Positions 26,927 through 41,614 of a stretch of DNA of 64,000 nt are shown here, one piece after another (positions within the stretch are counted from its first letter, which is position 1; each line of letters begins with the position of its first letter). This DNA comes from Eledone cirrhosa (taxonomy: Eukaryota): contig OZ024743.1 of NCBI GenBank assembly GCA_964016885.1, positions 82,894,001-82,958,000 on the forward strand, written 5' to 3'. The position numbers were made by a program, and so were the translations under genes. Under the pieces are notes generated by a model. It worked only from the letters and a program-made list of their open reading frames with translations, did not search any database and was not told the origin of the DNA.

Positions 26927-29900
26927 TGATTTCATTTATTATTGGCCACAAGGGCTGACATATAGGGGACAATACAAAAGACTGGGACAGTGGGGTTTTA
27001 GAGAAAAATAAACAATATGAATAACAATAACAAAGTAACAAATAAAATACAAGAAAAATTCCCCAATAGGGGGGGATGACCACCCAGGTACCCCGCCAAT
27101 CCTGAACGACCCGACGCTTCGAGAGCACCCTGGAAGGGCACCCCTCTCCTCCTCAAATTTACCCACCTACAGCCGCATGACCAGAGTAGGCCCACTCACA
27201 CGGGCCATTCTCGCCACATTCACCCACCTTTCAGCAAATGTACTGGGGGGGGGGGGGGGGGCAGCACTTCTCTCTCCACCATCACCTTCCTTTCCAAGTG
27301 AAACTTGAAAAAGTTGATGAGGGATTGGCCGAACAGAAAAGTGTCTGTCTTCAGTCCTTTCAACCTCGTCCACCATACAACCCCTTTCGCTACTGCCACC
27401 AGACAGAGGAAAATTGCCTGCCCTTCCTGGCCAAAGAAAAGCGGCGGGTCGATCTTCACTATGGACTCGGTCGATAGCCGGATCCATTCTACACGCGACA
27501 GTAGCTCTTCGACATAACTCCACAAGTCAGTAATGCACAGACACTGGACGAGTGCGTGCAGAACGGTTTCGTCGCACTGCGCGCATCTCGGGCAGGTCAT
27601 CTGACAGCACTTCCGTGCCTATAGAATTTATCTCGAACCGGCAGTGCTGCCAACCGTGGGATTTTTGGAAATTATCCATCGTCCTCGGCTCGAAAGTCCT
27701 CCGGAACAGACTGGTTAGTTCGACTTCGTCGACTCCCAGAGCCTCTCCGAGTGCGTCGTCGCACTTTCCCACCACTAATCCTCTATAGAACTCGAGAGTG
27801 GAAGTTCCACTGACCGCATTGCCAGCCTGGTAGAAGGCAGTGAGTGCCTGGTAACATTCCAGATGCCAGTCACCCAGTCTCGGTCTCTTCTTGTCCCAGC
27901 GATCCTGTTTAGGCAGCATATCTGGAGATGCCGCAGCCTCAGCGCGTGTCTGCGCATCATTAGCCACGGCATTCCCAGCCCTCCACGTAGAGGGTGCTGG
28001 CAGCAGATGGACCGCCTCACCAGCGGAACCTGACCCCTCCACAAGAATTTGAAGAGGAGCCGCTCCAAGATGGCGAGGCGCGAACGGGGGCAAGGGACGA
28101 CGGTCAGACGGTAGTAGATGACGGACGCGAAGTACGCGTTCGCCACCTCCGCCCGACCTTTCAGTGATAGCTTCCTCCCAGCCCATTTCTGGGTGAGACT
28201 GGCTACCCTTCCCGTCACCTCGTCCCAATTCTTATCCACCTGGAGGTCTGGCCCGAACCAAACCGGTCCGTCCGTCCAGCGCCTAACGACGCTGTTGGAC
28301 GGCATGGACTTGCCTCTCCAGGTGCCGAGTTGCAAGCCCGCCGGCTTTTCCGGGTTAAGTTTTGCTCCCGTCAACCTTTCATATTCCTCCAATAAGTTGC
28401 CGACTACCTCAATTTCTGAGGTGGCCGACACCATCACGGTGATGTCGTCCGCATAAGCCGACACAGCCTTTCCGCGTCCCGGTTCGAGCGGCATACCCTG
28501 CAACAGCTCCAGCTTCCGCAGTAAAGGCTCGAGAGTCAATACGTACAGAAGGGAGGAGAGAGGGCACCCTTGGCGGACCGATCGGGAGACCTGAAATGGT
28601 TCCGAGTGGTGGCCATTAATTTTGACCATCGAGCAAGCGCCGCTGTGCATTGCAGCGATCCAGCTTCTGAAACGGGGCCGAAGCCGGCCGCCTTGAGGAC
28701 AGCCTCCAGGTACCGATGGTCGACCCTATCGATTGCTTTCGATTGATCTAAATTGATTAGAGCCCCACCGAAGCCAGGTTTACACCCTACCCTCTCTATG
28801 ATGTATCGCATGGGGTGGAGGTTGTCGTTTATGGACCTGGTTGGGATTGCGCAAGTTTGCGCCTCCCCAACCAAATCCCCGACGACAAGCACCAACCTCT
28901 TCGCTAACACCCTGGCCAAAATCTTAAACTCTGTGTTGAGCAGAGTTATGGGCCTGAAGTTGTCTAATGTATCCCTCTTGTTCTCGTCTTTCCTTATCAG
29001 CGTCACTACGCTCCGGCTCACAGAACTGGGAATGCTCCCGTTCTGCTGCCAGTTGCAGTAGAGCGCTTCGAGGAGATTGGAGAACAAATCTGGCATATTT
29101 AGAGTAATGCTCGTAGGGCAGACCATCCAAACCGGGTGACTTGCGCCTCATGCAGCCGACAAGGGCATCCTGAATCTCGACTGAAGTAATCGGCCTTTCG
29201 CAGCGCCCAGCGTCGGCCGTCGAGAGTTGCGGCAAGCCATCGAGATAGGGACAGAAGTCTGCCACCGCCTCTGACCCGCCACTTCCCCCGAACAACCTAA
29301 CAAAATGTTGGCGAAAGGCCTCACACATCCGCTTGGAATCGCTCAGCTCGTGTCCATCTCGGTCCGTCAAAGACCGAATTGCGGTTTGTCTTCACATTCT
29401 CGGGCCTGATCTGGACCAGTCCTCTCTGGCCGTTCTTCTATCGGGACGGTATCCGTCCCCTCCACAATCACACATCCCAGAAGCCACCACATGTCAAGTC
29501 CTGGCGGGATTCTGGGAGGGGTACATTATGACCTTGCTGGTTTTGCAAGGAGTCATAGCGTATTTCATAGCGAGGGCTTCTGACTTGAACAGCACCGAAA
29601 TGGTGCCGTACTGTCTGCCCCTCGCTATGTATTCGGTGTCTTCTCTGATGCACCTCAGCGCGACTTCGACATCTGCTTGTGGAATTAAAGTTTGGTTTGT
29701 GCTGAGATGCACATATAATGCACCGTTCTGCGCTCCACTGCCTCAATAGCTTCTACCGGGACAGTTAAGTTGACCCAGGTTTGCTCTTGCTTGAAGAGCT
29801 TCCAGGGCTGGGCCAACTTTTCATCTTTGTTTGCGAGGTCCATGCTGAAGCATGGTCTCTTTTTTGCTGCTGCCGCAGCGAAAGTGTTTTTCTTGTCGTT

Positions 29901-30440
29901 GGGGGTGTTGTTGTTGTTGTTATCACTGTCGCTGTTATCATTGTTGTCTTTGGTGCCGCCGTTGTTCTCGGTGCAGTTGGTATTGTTGCTGTTGGTGCTG
30001 TCGCTATTTGTTTTCATGTTAGTGTTGTTGATATTGTTGTTGCATTTGTCATTATTTCTGTTATCTGTATTTTCGTTGTCGCTGTTACTGTCATTTTTTT
30101 CAAAATTAGAGTTCTCAGTGTTGTTATCATTGCTGTCTTTGTTCACATTGTTTGTAGTAGTGTTTGTTGTATCAATTTCTGTTAATTTCGCCGTAGCGAT
30201 CCTCTCAACTTCTACGTCGTTGTCGCACGACAGCAGACATATCGTTGCGGGGCGTGGCTCAGCCATGTTTTTTTTTGTTTTGTTTTTTTCTCGATAATTT
30301 TTTAAAATGTAAAAAAGTTCAAATATTTGCCCAAATATTATTCTTTCCCCTTTGCAGGGAAAAGTCCAAGGGCTTGTATGCCTTACACAACAACAAAAAA
30401 ATTCAATAAATAAGTTTTGACAGGTAAATAAATAAACTTA
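26927..30440 (-). mobile_element. Tx1/L1-like LINE with internal deletion (ORF1 N-part fused to ORF2 RT region)
   Basis: RT motifs NFRPITLLNTEFKILA, LDQSKAIDRVDH, VRQGCPLSSLLY, SAYADDITV; C-terminal CPRC...H...C. Asn-rich ORF1 start at 30266. APE is absent; junction near 29395. The 5' boundary is approximate. Confidence 0.9.
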
Positions 30441-31452
30441 CGGGAGCGAGCAAAAAGGCGTCCGTTCAGACTCTATGACTACTATACTAAATGATAAAAT
30501 TGGTTTCTTGTCCTGTAACACAAATGGCTTTAGTTCTGTGAGAGAGGGGTGGTGGAAAGAGAGACAAAGAAAGGAGGAAAGAGAGAGAGAGAAGGTGGAA
30601 AGAGAGAGAGTGGAGGGAAAGAGAAAGAGAGTTGAAAGAGGGAGGGTGGAAAGTGAGATGGGGAAGAGAAACAACAGCAACAACAATAACCAACAACAAC
30701 AACAATAACCAACAACAGCTACAGCAACCACGACAACAACAATAACCACAACAACAACCATGACCCTGACAACGAGAACGTGATGTGTCTTCAGCCCAAT
30801 TACCCACACCCACCAAACGAATACATACGAGTATATTTTTCCTTACCCACCAAATATTGTGATATAGGACATCGTAAAACAACAACCTTTTCCCTTAGAA
30901 AAGCTAATATTATCTCAGTCGTCCCAGTCACGCCAGTCACCCACTAATTTTCCCCTACCCCCACCTTCTAACAGATTGTTAACTTTCGGAGTAAAGTTCA
31001 ACTAACATTTCACTGGTTTGTTCAAGACATTTTCTGTTAAGATTCATTCTTTTTTTAATTTGTTTTTCTTACCTTTTTTCTTAGCTGCGGGCGTAAAATA
31101 AATATTTTACTAACAGGAATGTGATTAGAATGGCAAAATAAAAGAATAAGGGTAAATATTTATTCTGGTGATCACTTATTCTTCGGCACTCTTTGCAAAA
31201 ACACAAAACCGAACAAGAATTCTCCACTTTCTTCATTGTGGAGGTTTCATATCTTTTGGTCGATACAGTGACAGATCCTACGTTGGTCTCGACGATGAAC
31301 GTTCTGTATTTTATCACTTCAATGCCCAACTCGTTAAATTAACGTCTGCATCTTTGAGTGTTCCACAGACACATGTAACCTTCACATAACCTAAAGTCAC
31401 TCATGATTGGGAAGTTCTAGGATCAAAACCGTTCATCCCGTAACGGGAATGT

Positions 31453-31506
<54 letters not shown>

Positions 31507-31853
31507 CTACCAAAATGTACGGTAGTGTCCAATCCGTATGAAGAACTCAATGTAATCCGAATATCATGAAAAGAGAAGATGTATTCAAAAATTTTTTTAG
31601 ATGAAAAATACAGGAAAACAGAGTCATGATAAATTAATAAAAATAATGAATAAACAAAGAAACAGTTCCTTATATTAAAAAATTCATCATTTTACGATCG
31701 TTTCTAGGATATATATGTTAGTGTTGGTATGCATATCCTATAGATCTATGTAAAATTTTTACAAACTATCAGAAGGAATATACATACCTACACATATATA
31801 TGCTGTCTTCAGAAATAATGATATTTGTTTATTAATTTATATATATATATATG

Positions 31854-32025
<172 letters not shown>

Positions 32026-32520
32026 AAAGAAAATAATGAAATCTCATGTAAAACTTGATATATTTTCTGAATATTTATTGTGATTAATGATTTCTGGTAT
32101 AACAAATTCTGTGAGATCATGATCATCATAATCATCGTTTTTATGTCCGCCTTTCCATGCTTGGTTGTTGTTTTAAAAAAATAACTGAAAGTTAATGTAG
32201 TGATTCTTTATTCAACAAAATTTGAGTCGACTTACACCCATTATTAACAGAAAATTTAATTTCATATTTAGCCTGCGTGTATATATATCTTCTTCATATA
32301 TTTTATTTCAAAGAAAATGAACATTACGACAGATGTCAATAGGTGCCTTATGAATAGACTAGAGCACAGTAAAGACAAGGGAGAAGGCCGGAAGCTACTA
32401 AGTTCTATATAAAATAAAAACGCCTATACTCTACCAATGTACTGAGTACTTTTTAACTGTGGTTACCCCCGATACAATTCAGGATTCTACTTATTATATA
32501 TATATATCTAATAGAGAAAT

Positions 32521-32570
32521 GGCTTCTACAGGACTAGAACTGTTTCATTCGGGACTCCATCACAAAAAGC
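32521..32570 (-). ncRNA. Decayed hammerhead (family of 14196 and 19548)
   Basis: Minus strand ...gaat-GAAA-cag-ttctagtc-ctg-TA-gaagcc is retained; the CUGAUGA side is eroded. Confidence 0.5.
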
Positions 32571-32612
32571 ACCAGTACATAAGGACCAACCAACACCAGC
32601 AGCATCTATATT

Positions 32613-32706
<94 letters not shown>

Positions 32707-33089
32707 AAGTTTGTCCTCATCAGTGGCCATCCAACCGTCGTAGGCATTTCGTCGCATTAAAGGCCATATACCTCAGGTTGGTGCGAGCAACGGCTAAAAA
32801 AAAGTCGTTGGGACACGTAAATAAAGGGGACGCTAGGGTAAACAAACAAAATGGTTTAAGCAGCAGAAAGTGATGAAGAAGGAAACAAGTCCCAGATTTC
32901 TATGAATATAAATTCGGTGGAATCGTGAACGAGAGAATAAAGACCATCAAACTTGGTTGAAATGTGAGCAAGGAAGGAATTTCGCACAGGTCTAACGGGA
33001 GGAAGAAGGGGTCTGATCTGCGAATTCGGTAAACATAAGTTCTGTGAAGTCGCAGACGAGAGAGAGAGAGAAAAAATTCATACCGGCTT

Positions 33090-33171
<82 letters not shown>

Positions 33172-34068
33172 TGCTGTTTGTGATGGGGAAGTAGTGAGGG
33201 AGTACCATTTTTAAACAATTATCTGTATTAATTCGCTGCTATTTCACAATGGGATACATTTCTCACAAGAAGCTTCTTACATGATTGTCAAGAATTGAAC
33301 ATTTCAAAAAATTAAAAAGGAATTAAATTTTTGTGATTATAATTTTATATTCATTTTTCAATTATTAATTATTTAATTTGTTATTAAAATTGAAGATCAC
33401 TTCCGAATCAAAGAAGGAAAAAAATTGATTAGAAATCGATAATTTAAATCTAATGTTTTGTATGAATAAAATCTAAAAATAAAATAAATATTAATAAAAA
33501 TAAAAACTATTAAAAGATTAAAATAAAATAGAATAAAATAAAATAAGAATTAATTAAAAATAGAACAAATAATAAAAAGGTCAAATTAAATTAAATTGAA
33601 CGGTAAAATAAAATTAAAAATGAAAATAAAAGTGAAATCATAATTACAATTATGAAAAAATAAATTAAAATATAAATAACGAATAAAAATAGAAATAAAT
33701 ATATATAAATATAAACAACACATGGTGGTGGTGGTGATGGTGTAGTGGTGGTGGTAGTGGTGGTGATAATGGTGTTGGTGGTGGTGTAGTGGTGGCGGTG
33801 GTGGTGGTGGTGGTGATAATGGTGGTGGTGGTGTAGTGGTAATGGTGGTGATGGTGGTGGTGGTTGTGGTAGTGGTGGTGTTGGTAGTGGTGGTGGTAGT
33901 AATGGTGGTGGTGGTGGTGATGGTGGTGGTGATAGTGTTTGTGGTGGTGAGGTTTGTTGTGGTGATTGTTTTAACAAAAGCGAACATTCAATTTTTCATT
34001 CGTTCAAGAATGAAAACAACAATTGTTAAGGTCTCTTAACTCATGTTGGTGGTGTAGGGACCCTATCT

Positions 34069-34636
34069 TGACATCTGGTGTATTTTGATATCTGGTATAT
34101 CGGTACACCTGGTGTATCTCGATATCTGGAATATCTTGTCATATGATATGTCGGGACATCTGGTGCATCTTGACATCTGGTATATCTTGACATGTGTTGT
34201 ATCTTGACATCTGGTATATCTTTTCATATGATATATCGGGACATCTGGTTTATCTTGGCATCTGGTGTATCTTTACATCTGGAATATAAGGACATCTGGA
34301 ATATCTTGACATCTGGTATATCTGGACATCTGGTGTATCTTGACATCTGGTGTATCCTGACATCTAGTTTATCTTGAAATCTGGTATATCTTGACATATA
34401 TCTGGACATCTGGTTTATCTTGACATCTGATATATCTGGACATCTGGTGTATCTTGACATCTGGTGTATTCTGACATCTAGTTTATCTTGAAATCTGGTA
34501 TATCTTGACATATATCTGGACATCTGGTTTATCTTGACATCTGATATATCTTAACATCTGGTGTATCTTGACATCTGGTGAATCTTAACATCTGGTTTAT
34601 CTTTACATCTGATGTATCTTGACATGTGATATATCT
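34069..34636. repeat. 17-bp minisatellite (gacatctggtgtatctt) with higher-order ~117-bp duplication
   Basis: More than 30 degenerate units; 34320-34436 is repeated at 34437-34553. Confidence 0.9.
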
Positions 34637-34773
34637 TAAAATACAGCAAATTTCTTCTGGAGAGTATGATATGAGGGAAAGTGTGAGAAACTGAGTGAAA
34701 GACAGAGAAAGAAGGAGTGAGTGAGTGAACGAGAGCTAGAGAGAGGGAGTGAGGGTGAAGAAAGGGAGAGAAT

Positions 34774-34823
<50 letters not shown>

Positions 34824-34926
34824 TAGAAAGATAGAGTGAGTGGTAGAAAGAGAGAGAGATACTCTGTGTGTTGTAATACACACATACACACCCATACATA
34901 CACACACACACACATACACACACACA

Positions 34927-34977
<51 letters not shown>

Positions 34978-35037
34978 ATACACACAATCATACATACATT
35001 GGCACACGCTCACAAAAACATACACACACGAAGAGAA

Positions 35038-35111
<74 letters not shown>

Positions 35112-35239
35112 GTATACACACATACACGTGCTGACTTACGGTGATACACACACACACACAAAAAGATACACACATGCACATACACACTCAAACATACACA
35201 CAAGCGCACATACACACACGTGCAGGAAGAGAGAGAGAA

Positions 35240-35325
<86 letters not shown>

Positions 35326-35459
35326 TAAAGTGAGTGGCAGAAAGAGAGATAGATACTGTGTGTGTTGTAATAACGAGAAAGGATCAATGCTGGTGATTTA
35401 TTTATCGACTTCGAAATGATGGAAGACGAAGTAGATGTGAGAGCTCAGGGATCCGGGAC

Positions 35460-35960
35460 AGAATATTGTAAACCTACGACTGTTGTATGGAATAGCATGG
35501 ATCTCCGTCAGTTACGATGATGAGTGCTCCATTTTAAGTTGTTATACTTAGAATATTGTAAACATTCTACTGTTGTAGGGAATGCATGGATCTCCGTCAG
35601 TTACGATGATGTGTGCTCCATTTACTTGATCAAATAAATAGCCTGCTTGCGAAATTAATGCACGATCATTCCACAAACACGTGTATCTTTTATTATTCAA
35701 TTTTCATGGAAATTCAGCGTAACACGATGTGTGACATTTGAATTACAGGTACAAAATAATGTGGATTCTTACGTAAGTGCCTGAGCATTCCACAGATACA
35801 TATATCCTTAATATAATTTCTCAGGAAGATTCAGCACGCACAATATGTGACAAGGTTAGGTCTTTGAAGTACAGGTAAATCTATTTTATGTATCTTACGT
35901 TAAGTAGGTGTCTGAGCATCCCACAGCATTCTCAGGGATGTTCAGCATCACACAATATCG
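35460..35960. repeat. Tandemly repeated SINE-like fragments
   Basis: An ~88-bp duplication (gcatggatctccgtcagttacgatgatg twice) and ~120-bp units containing cattccaca...attcagc...tgtgaca...acaggta. Confidence 0.55.
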
Positions 35961-36431
35961 CTACCACCACCACCACCACCATCATCATCACCACTATCAA
36001 CATCATCATCATCATCACATTAACCTTGTTCTCATCTCTTCCCCCAACGTCCCCTCTCCTCTTCCTTCTCCTCTCACTGTTGTTACTGAAGACCAATGTA
36101 AGTCGACCAATGGATGCTGTGTCATGCCATTTCCGTTTTGTTGTTGTCAAGTCTAACCACGCAGGGCAGAACGTGATCAATGATGATCCATATGCGCATT
36201 TCCGGATGTCAGTGCCGCCCCCTGTCCGTGCTCTTAATGGAAATTCTTTCAGTTAAGTAAGTCACTCGTGTCGTAAAAGTGAGGGGAAGATGGAAAATAA
36301 CATACATACATATATATACATACATACATACATATATAATATATATATACATACATATATAATATATAGATACATACATATATACACGCATATATAATAT
36401 ATACATACATATATAATATATACATACATAT

Positions 36432-36495
36432 ATGGTGGCTGCCAACTCGTTTTCGAGTACGGCCACTACTTTATATCCATGTAGGAGAACCCCTA
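36432..36495 (-). mobile_element. 3'-terminal 64 bp of the RTE-derived repeat (copy E)
   Basis: Identical to the start of copy A; embedded in (TACA)n. Confidence 0.8.
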
Positions 36496-36702
36496 CATAC
36501 ATACATATATAATATATATATACATACATATATAATATATAGATACATACATATATACACGCATATATAATATATACATACATATATAATATATACATAC
36601 ATATATACATACATACATACATGCATACATACATATATAATATAATCATACATATATACATACATACATATATAATATATACATACATACATACATATAT
36701 AC

Positions 36703-37604
36703 ACTAGACATAAAAAATGAGCAAGCTCAAAAGCGCCACAGAATGTTATAATAAACCTTCAGAAGTGTGGGACTAGAGTTGTTACTCAAAAATAGTGTAA
36801 TAATTATCTATCGTACATTCTGTGGCATCCTTTATAAAAATATCACAATAAATACATCTATGTTTAATGTAATAACAGCTATAAATAATTACGTAATATT
36901 ATTATCATATACTCATAGTAACAAAATAATTGTGTTGAAAATTAATATGATGCTTATATGAACGATCAAATCTATAATGATAATTTTATAAATATACTAA
37001 TATTAAAATAATTTAGTTATATATTGTTACATTAACAATCGTATTGAATCATAAAATTTTGATCACTGCAAACTTTCATATTGGAATTACCTTAAGCCAT
37101 TTATCATTACTTCGCTTTCGTACTTTTATAGATGTAGATATTTGGCTGTATCTTATATCTAATATCATGATCTCATGGTAATTTGCATGCAGTGTAAAAT
37201 AGGTTTATTAATAACTTTAATATGAAATGTATTATACAGGGCTGCGGAGTCGGCCAAAAATTGACTGGCTCCAACTCCGGATCCGATACTCCATTATTTC
37301 CTAAATTTCGGCTCCGCAGCCGTGTTATTATATTAATTTATTTATTTTATAATTGTAAATCATATTTTTATATGTTATACTCTAAGAATGAACTAAGTGA
37401 AATAGTGTAAAAAGAAAGGCATGGTTGGTTTAAGCTAATGTCCAATATCTCATATTAGATGTTTAGCAATGATTAATAGGAAATGCACTTAAACCGAATA
37501 CTATATTATAAATTCACTTAATTAATTAACTCTAGTCCCACACTTTTGAAGGTTTATTATAACATTCTGTGCTCTTTTGAGCTTGCGCATTTTTCAGGTC
37601 TAGT
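36703..37604. mobile_element. ~900-bp MITE-like element with ~77-bp terminal inverted repeats
   Basis: actagacataaaaaatgagcaagctcaaaag...gggactagagtt pairs with aactctagtccc...gtctagt; AT-rich non-coding interior. Confidence 0.8.
37237..37324. mobile_element. 88-bp hAT-like MITE nested in the larger MITE
   Basis: TIRs cagggctgcggagtcg / cggctccgcagccgtg; 8-bp TSD gtattata/ttattata (7/8 match). Confidence 0.75.
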
Positions 37605-38159
37605 TTAATATTTTTTTAAGGCAACGCTTGTAATATCTCTATATATTAATAATAAATTATCGTTGTAATGTAATTAGATTATATAATTGTTATTATAAAT
37701 GATCTTATAAATATTAGTGTAAGATGTATAAAAATATTTTCAGACTTTTAATATAAACAACAACAAAAAACAATCAATATTAAATCAATATATTATACAT
37801 AATAGAAAACATAAAATAAATAAACAATATAAAAATAAAATATTTACATACAATTGCAATTATCAGTCTATATACATTTTCTCTATTCCCTGAGCAAATT
37901 AATGAGATTTGTTCTTATTGCACATAATTTGATGACTTTTTGGAGTGTATTAAAAGATAACAACAATTTGTGATTAAATTGTTAACTTAAGCAACTCTCT
38001 TTTTAATAGTTGTTGGCTGAGCGAAATTGGAAAAGCCTATGAGCAAATATTTTAAAAAATACACAAACTACATTTCCCTGTATTGTTGCAACATTAGATA
38101 AAATAATTGAGTAATGTCGTGAGATTTTGCTCCTATTGCACATTAATAGTGTTTCTATT

Positions 38160-38250
38160 TTTCAGCACAAAGCCATAACCGCAGTCCATTACTGGTACTT
38201 TATTTTATTGAACTGGTAAGGATGAAAGGCAAAGTTAACCTCGGCGGGAC
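38160..38250 (-). mobile_element. SINE fragment (Nin/Deu-domain-like core)
   Basis: actggtacttattttattgaactggtaaggatgaaaggcaaagttaacctcggcgg; same motif as 52160-52230. Confidence 0.6.
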
Positions 38251-38499
38251 GAAATAACAAAAATAACAAAAACGATGAAATAACAAAAATAAATGAACTA
38301 GGAAAACAAACAAAAAAACATGGCGGATGCTTTTGAGCAACACTTACTCTGATTGGTTGAAAATTAGCCAATGGCACGTAATCACCACGGCCAGACCTTG
38401 AAAAAAAAATTGACGATCTACACATATATGTTAGAACACTAAGTGACTAAAACATTCTGTTGTTAGTCACTTCGTGTCTAACAGATAATTGCTCCTACA

Positions 38500-40725
38500 C
38501 TACAACAAAAACATACGAAATAAATGAGGGAACCCTTGAGACTGTGATAGGAAAACTCCAAGATAAGAAAACACCAGGAAGAGAAATGATTGTCGGCTAC
38601 TGGTATAAAAAACTTATATTCTAACGGAGGTATCTTATTGACCTCTACCAACAAGTTCTTAAAGGAGATACACTTATACTAGAATGGTTGACATTAGCAC
38701 AAACATTACTGGTCCCCAAGAACAAAGACACCCACTTGGCAAAAAACTACCGACCATTGCATGCCAGAACCTGATGTATACAGCCTGCCTGAACCTATTC
38801 CTCCAAGATCACTGTGAAAATAATAACATCATCACAGATGAACAAGCAGCTGGAAAGAAAGGGGTTTGGGGATGTGCCGAACAACTCCTAATCAACAAAA
38901 CTGCGATGTCGGAGGTGCGACAACTTAGGAGGAATATGGCTACAGTCTGGCTGGACTACAGGAAAGCTTTCGATTCTGTTCCCCACTCTTGGATGATAGA
39001 GGCCCTCCAACTTGCTAAAGTCCCAGACATTATTGTCAGAGCCATAGAGAAGCTGTCTTCTTCTTGGGCTACTATCCTAAGGTTAAAGACAGTGAGGGAG
39101 GACTCATTTTTCACTGATAAAATAAAATATCGCAGGGGTATATTTCAGAGAGACAGTCTCTCTGTTATATTATTCATCTTGTCATTAAACCGCTTGTCCT
39201 TTCTGCTCAAGAAATGTGAGGGATACATCATTGGCTCACAGGAGGACAGAAATACGAACCTAACCCATAATTTCTTTGTGGACGATCTGAAACTCTATGC
39301 TCAGAACATGGATGGGATGAAGAAAAATCTTGACCTGGTTACAACGTTCTCAAAGGATATAGGAATGGAGTTTGGCCAAGATAAATGCTCATACATGACT
39401 GTAAAGAGAGGAAAGACAACAACCCAATCTAGCAACATTGTCATCAATGGCCTAACTGTTTCACCGATATCTGATGAGGACTGTTACAGATACCTGGGGA
39501 TAGATGAGAACATATCCTATAATGGTATCTGTAATAAGGAACGCGTAACCAGGAAATACTACACCCGATTAAGAAATATTTGGTCATCGGAACTCTCTGC
39601 GCAAAACAAAACAGTGGCTCACAATGTGTTTGCTGTGCCTGTCCTAACACCAACGTTTGGAATACTCAATTGGACGATAGACGAAATCCGAGCAGTTGAT
39701 GTTGGAACTCGAAAAATACTAAACAACACCGGAAACTTTCACATGAACACTGACATAGACTGCCTTTACTTGAAACGTAAGCAGGGAGGCAGGGGCCTAA
39801 CATCAGTCCAGACAGCATTTGAATGTCGCATCATATCCCTCCGACAACATCTACGAACCTCGAAGCGTAGGAGCCCGTCTCTCGAGCAAGTCTATCTGCA
39901 TTAAACAGATAAGATTATGAGAGTTGGGAAGGAACTCCTCGAGAGATATTCCCTGCGTGATAATCAAAAGCTCACACCCAGGGAAGTCGCTCAGCAGTAT
40001 CGCAGTGAATCCATGGATGCTTATCAGCAAAAATCATGCATGGATATGTTGCCAGGAAGCTCCTGAGTGAGAGTAATATAGATAAGGAAATTAGTCTATC
40101 TTGGGCCAACAACCGCTATATTGGCTCCCACTTTGAAGGATACGCTTTTGCAATCCAAGAACAGGAGATTAACACGAAATACCTGATTCACAAAAGAGAT
40201 AGGGATGCAGGCAAACACCTAGATGTGATAACAAGTGCAGACTCTGCAGAACTAACATCGAGGATATCACCCATGTCATCAGCAGCTGTCCAAAGATGTC
40301 ATCGCGGTACTATCTACCTATGAGGCATGATGTAGTGGCCAAAACACTGTACAATGCAGTTCGTAAAAAAGATAGCCCCGATAATAAACACATTAAAAGC
40401 TACAGCAATGTGGAAGACATCCACGTACATAATATGAAAGAGTACTGGTGGAATGTTCCAGTAACCCCCAATAAATTGCAGGCATAACAGACTAGATATT
40501 ATGATATGGGACAGGGAGAAGAAAGCATGCACAGTAGTGGAAATTAGCTGCCCAGCAGATGCCAATATAATATCAAAGATTAGCGAAAAGGAGAATATTT
40601 ATGCAGAACGGATGAGAAATCTGCAGATACTCCACCCTGATTACACCTTCAGATTTATGCCTGTGATTATTGGGGCACTGGGGTATGTTAGTAACTGCCT
40701 CAATACAAATCTTGAGAAGCTAGGC
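38500..40725 (+). mobile_element. R4/Dong-like non-LTR element (RT + CCHC + restriction-like endonuclease), 5' truncated and disrupted
   Basis: ORF 38684-39904 with EQLLINK, WLDYRKAFDSVPHSW, RGIFQRDSLS, FVDDLKLY. Downstream pieces encode C..C...H..SSC, MRHDVVA and DIMIWDREKKACTVVEISCP. Confidence 0.9.
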
Positions 40726-40959
40726 TGCATATACACATGTACAGATACAAAGCATATACACATGCACACATACAACTCAGAACATACACAACCAGACATA
40801 CAATAACATCCATATCTACACACACATGCATGCATACATAATCTACCAAGTTGATGTGTAAATTTCAATGAGAGAGTCTTGTGTCTATGTTAGAAACCGA
40901 CTCTCTCTATTGGGAAAAAATTTGTGAAATTATAAAACCAGAAGAACATACATATATAC

Positions 40960-41569
40960 ATGGTGGCTGCCAACTCGTTTTCGAGTACGGCCACCACTTT
41001 ATATCCATGTAGGAGAACCCCCACCGATTCGCTGAACGAGTGTGATATTTTAGTCCAGCCAGCGACTTGAAAACTCTGGTACAAACACTACACTTGTGAC
41101 AATTATTGACACATAGTGCTGGGCCCATGGTACCATGTGACGACAAGTGCAGAGAGATCTCCAGATATAAAGCAATGCCTGTGCCGTGAAGCTTTTATAG
41201 TGAGCAAAGGCACTGCACAAAGCCAGTCCCACTCTCTTAACCAAGATGATATTTACCAAAAAGAAGAACAAGACAACATCATTGGATACCATCAGGGTTG
41301 CAGGTGTTATATCAGAGTTTTCCTTCTCCTAGAATTCTGCCTTGACAATGGCTAAGGGGTCATCTCTCCCGGTGATTTTGGATGGCCATTGACTCTTAAG
41401 AGCTCCTTTGCCCTTTGACAGGTTTTGTTTTTAGTCCTGCAGGATGTCCAAAGTCACCCTCCTCACCAAGAAACCTTGGTGGGGTTGCCAGTTTAGTTGC
41501 CAACGACCCGACCATGAAACAGGTTGTACTGGGATACATGTTACCAGTAGCACCAACTGGTGACCTGAC
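40960..41569 (-). mobile_element. RTE-derived non-autonomous repeat (copy C, full length)
   Basis: See copy A; in tandem with copy D. Confidence 0.87.
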
Positions 41570-41614
41570 ACACATGTATACACATATATACATACATGCA
41601 TACATACATACATA

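Noticed and set aside
31689-31760. Partial hammerhead (minus strand taggatat...atatccta-GAAA-cgatc-GTA)
   Set aside because: Helix II and a palindromic helix III are present but there is no CUGANGA box; at most a remnant, so not listed as a feature.
32710-32782. Possible hammerhead on the minus strand (CTGATGA and gacGAAA both present)
   Set aside because: I could not build consistent helices II and III in any topology; the sequence is cut by (AT)n.
34069-34636. CRISPR-like array or repeat protein (ORF 34224-34523)
   Set aside because: No unique spacers; the ORF is a by-product of the minisatellite.
39471-39490. CTGATGA hits inside coding regions (also about 53882 and 55831)
   Set aside because: No GAAA or helix partners; chance matches.
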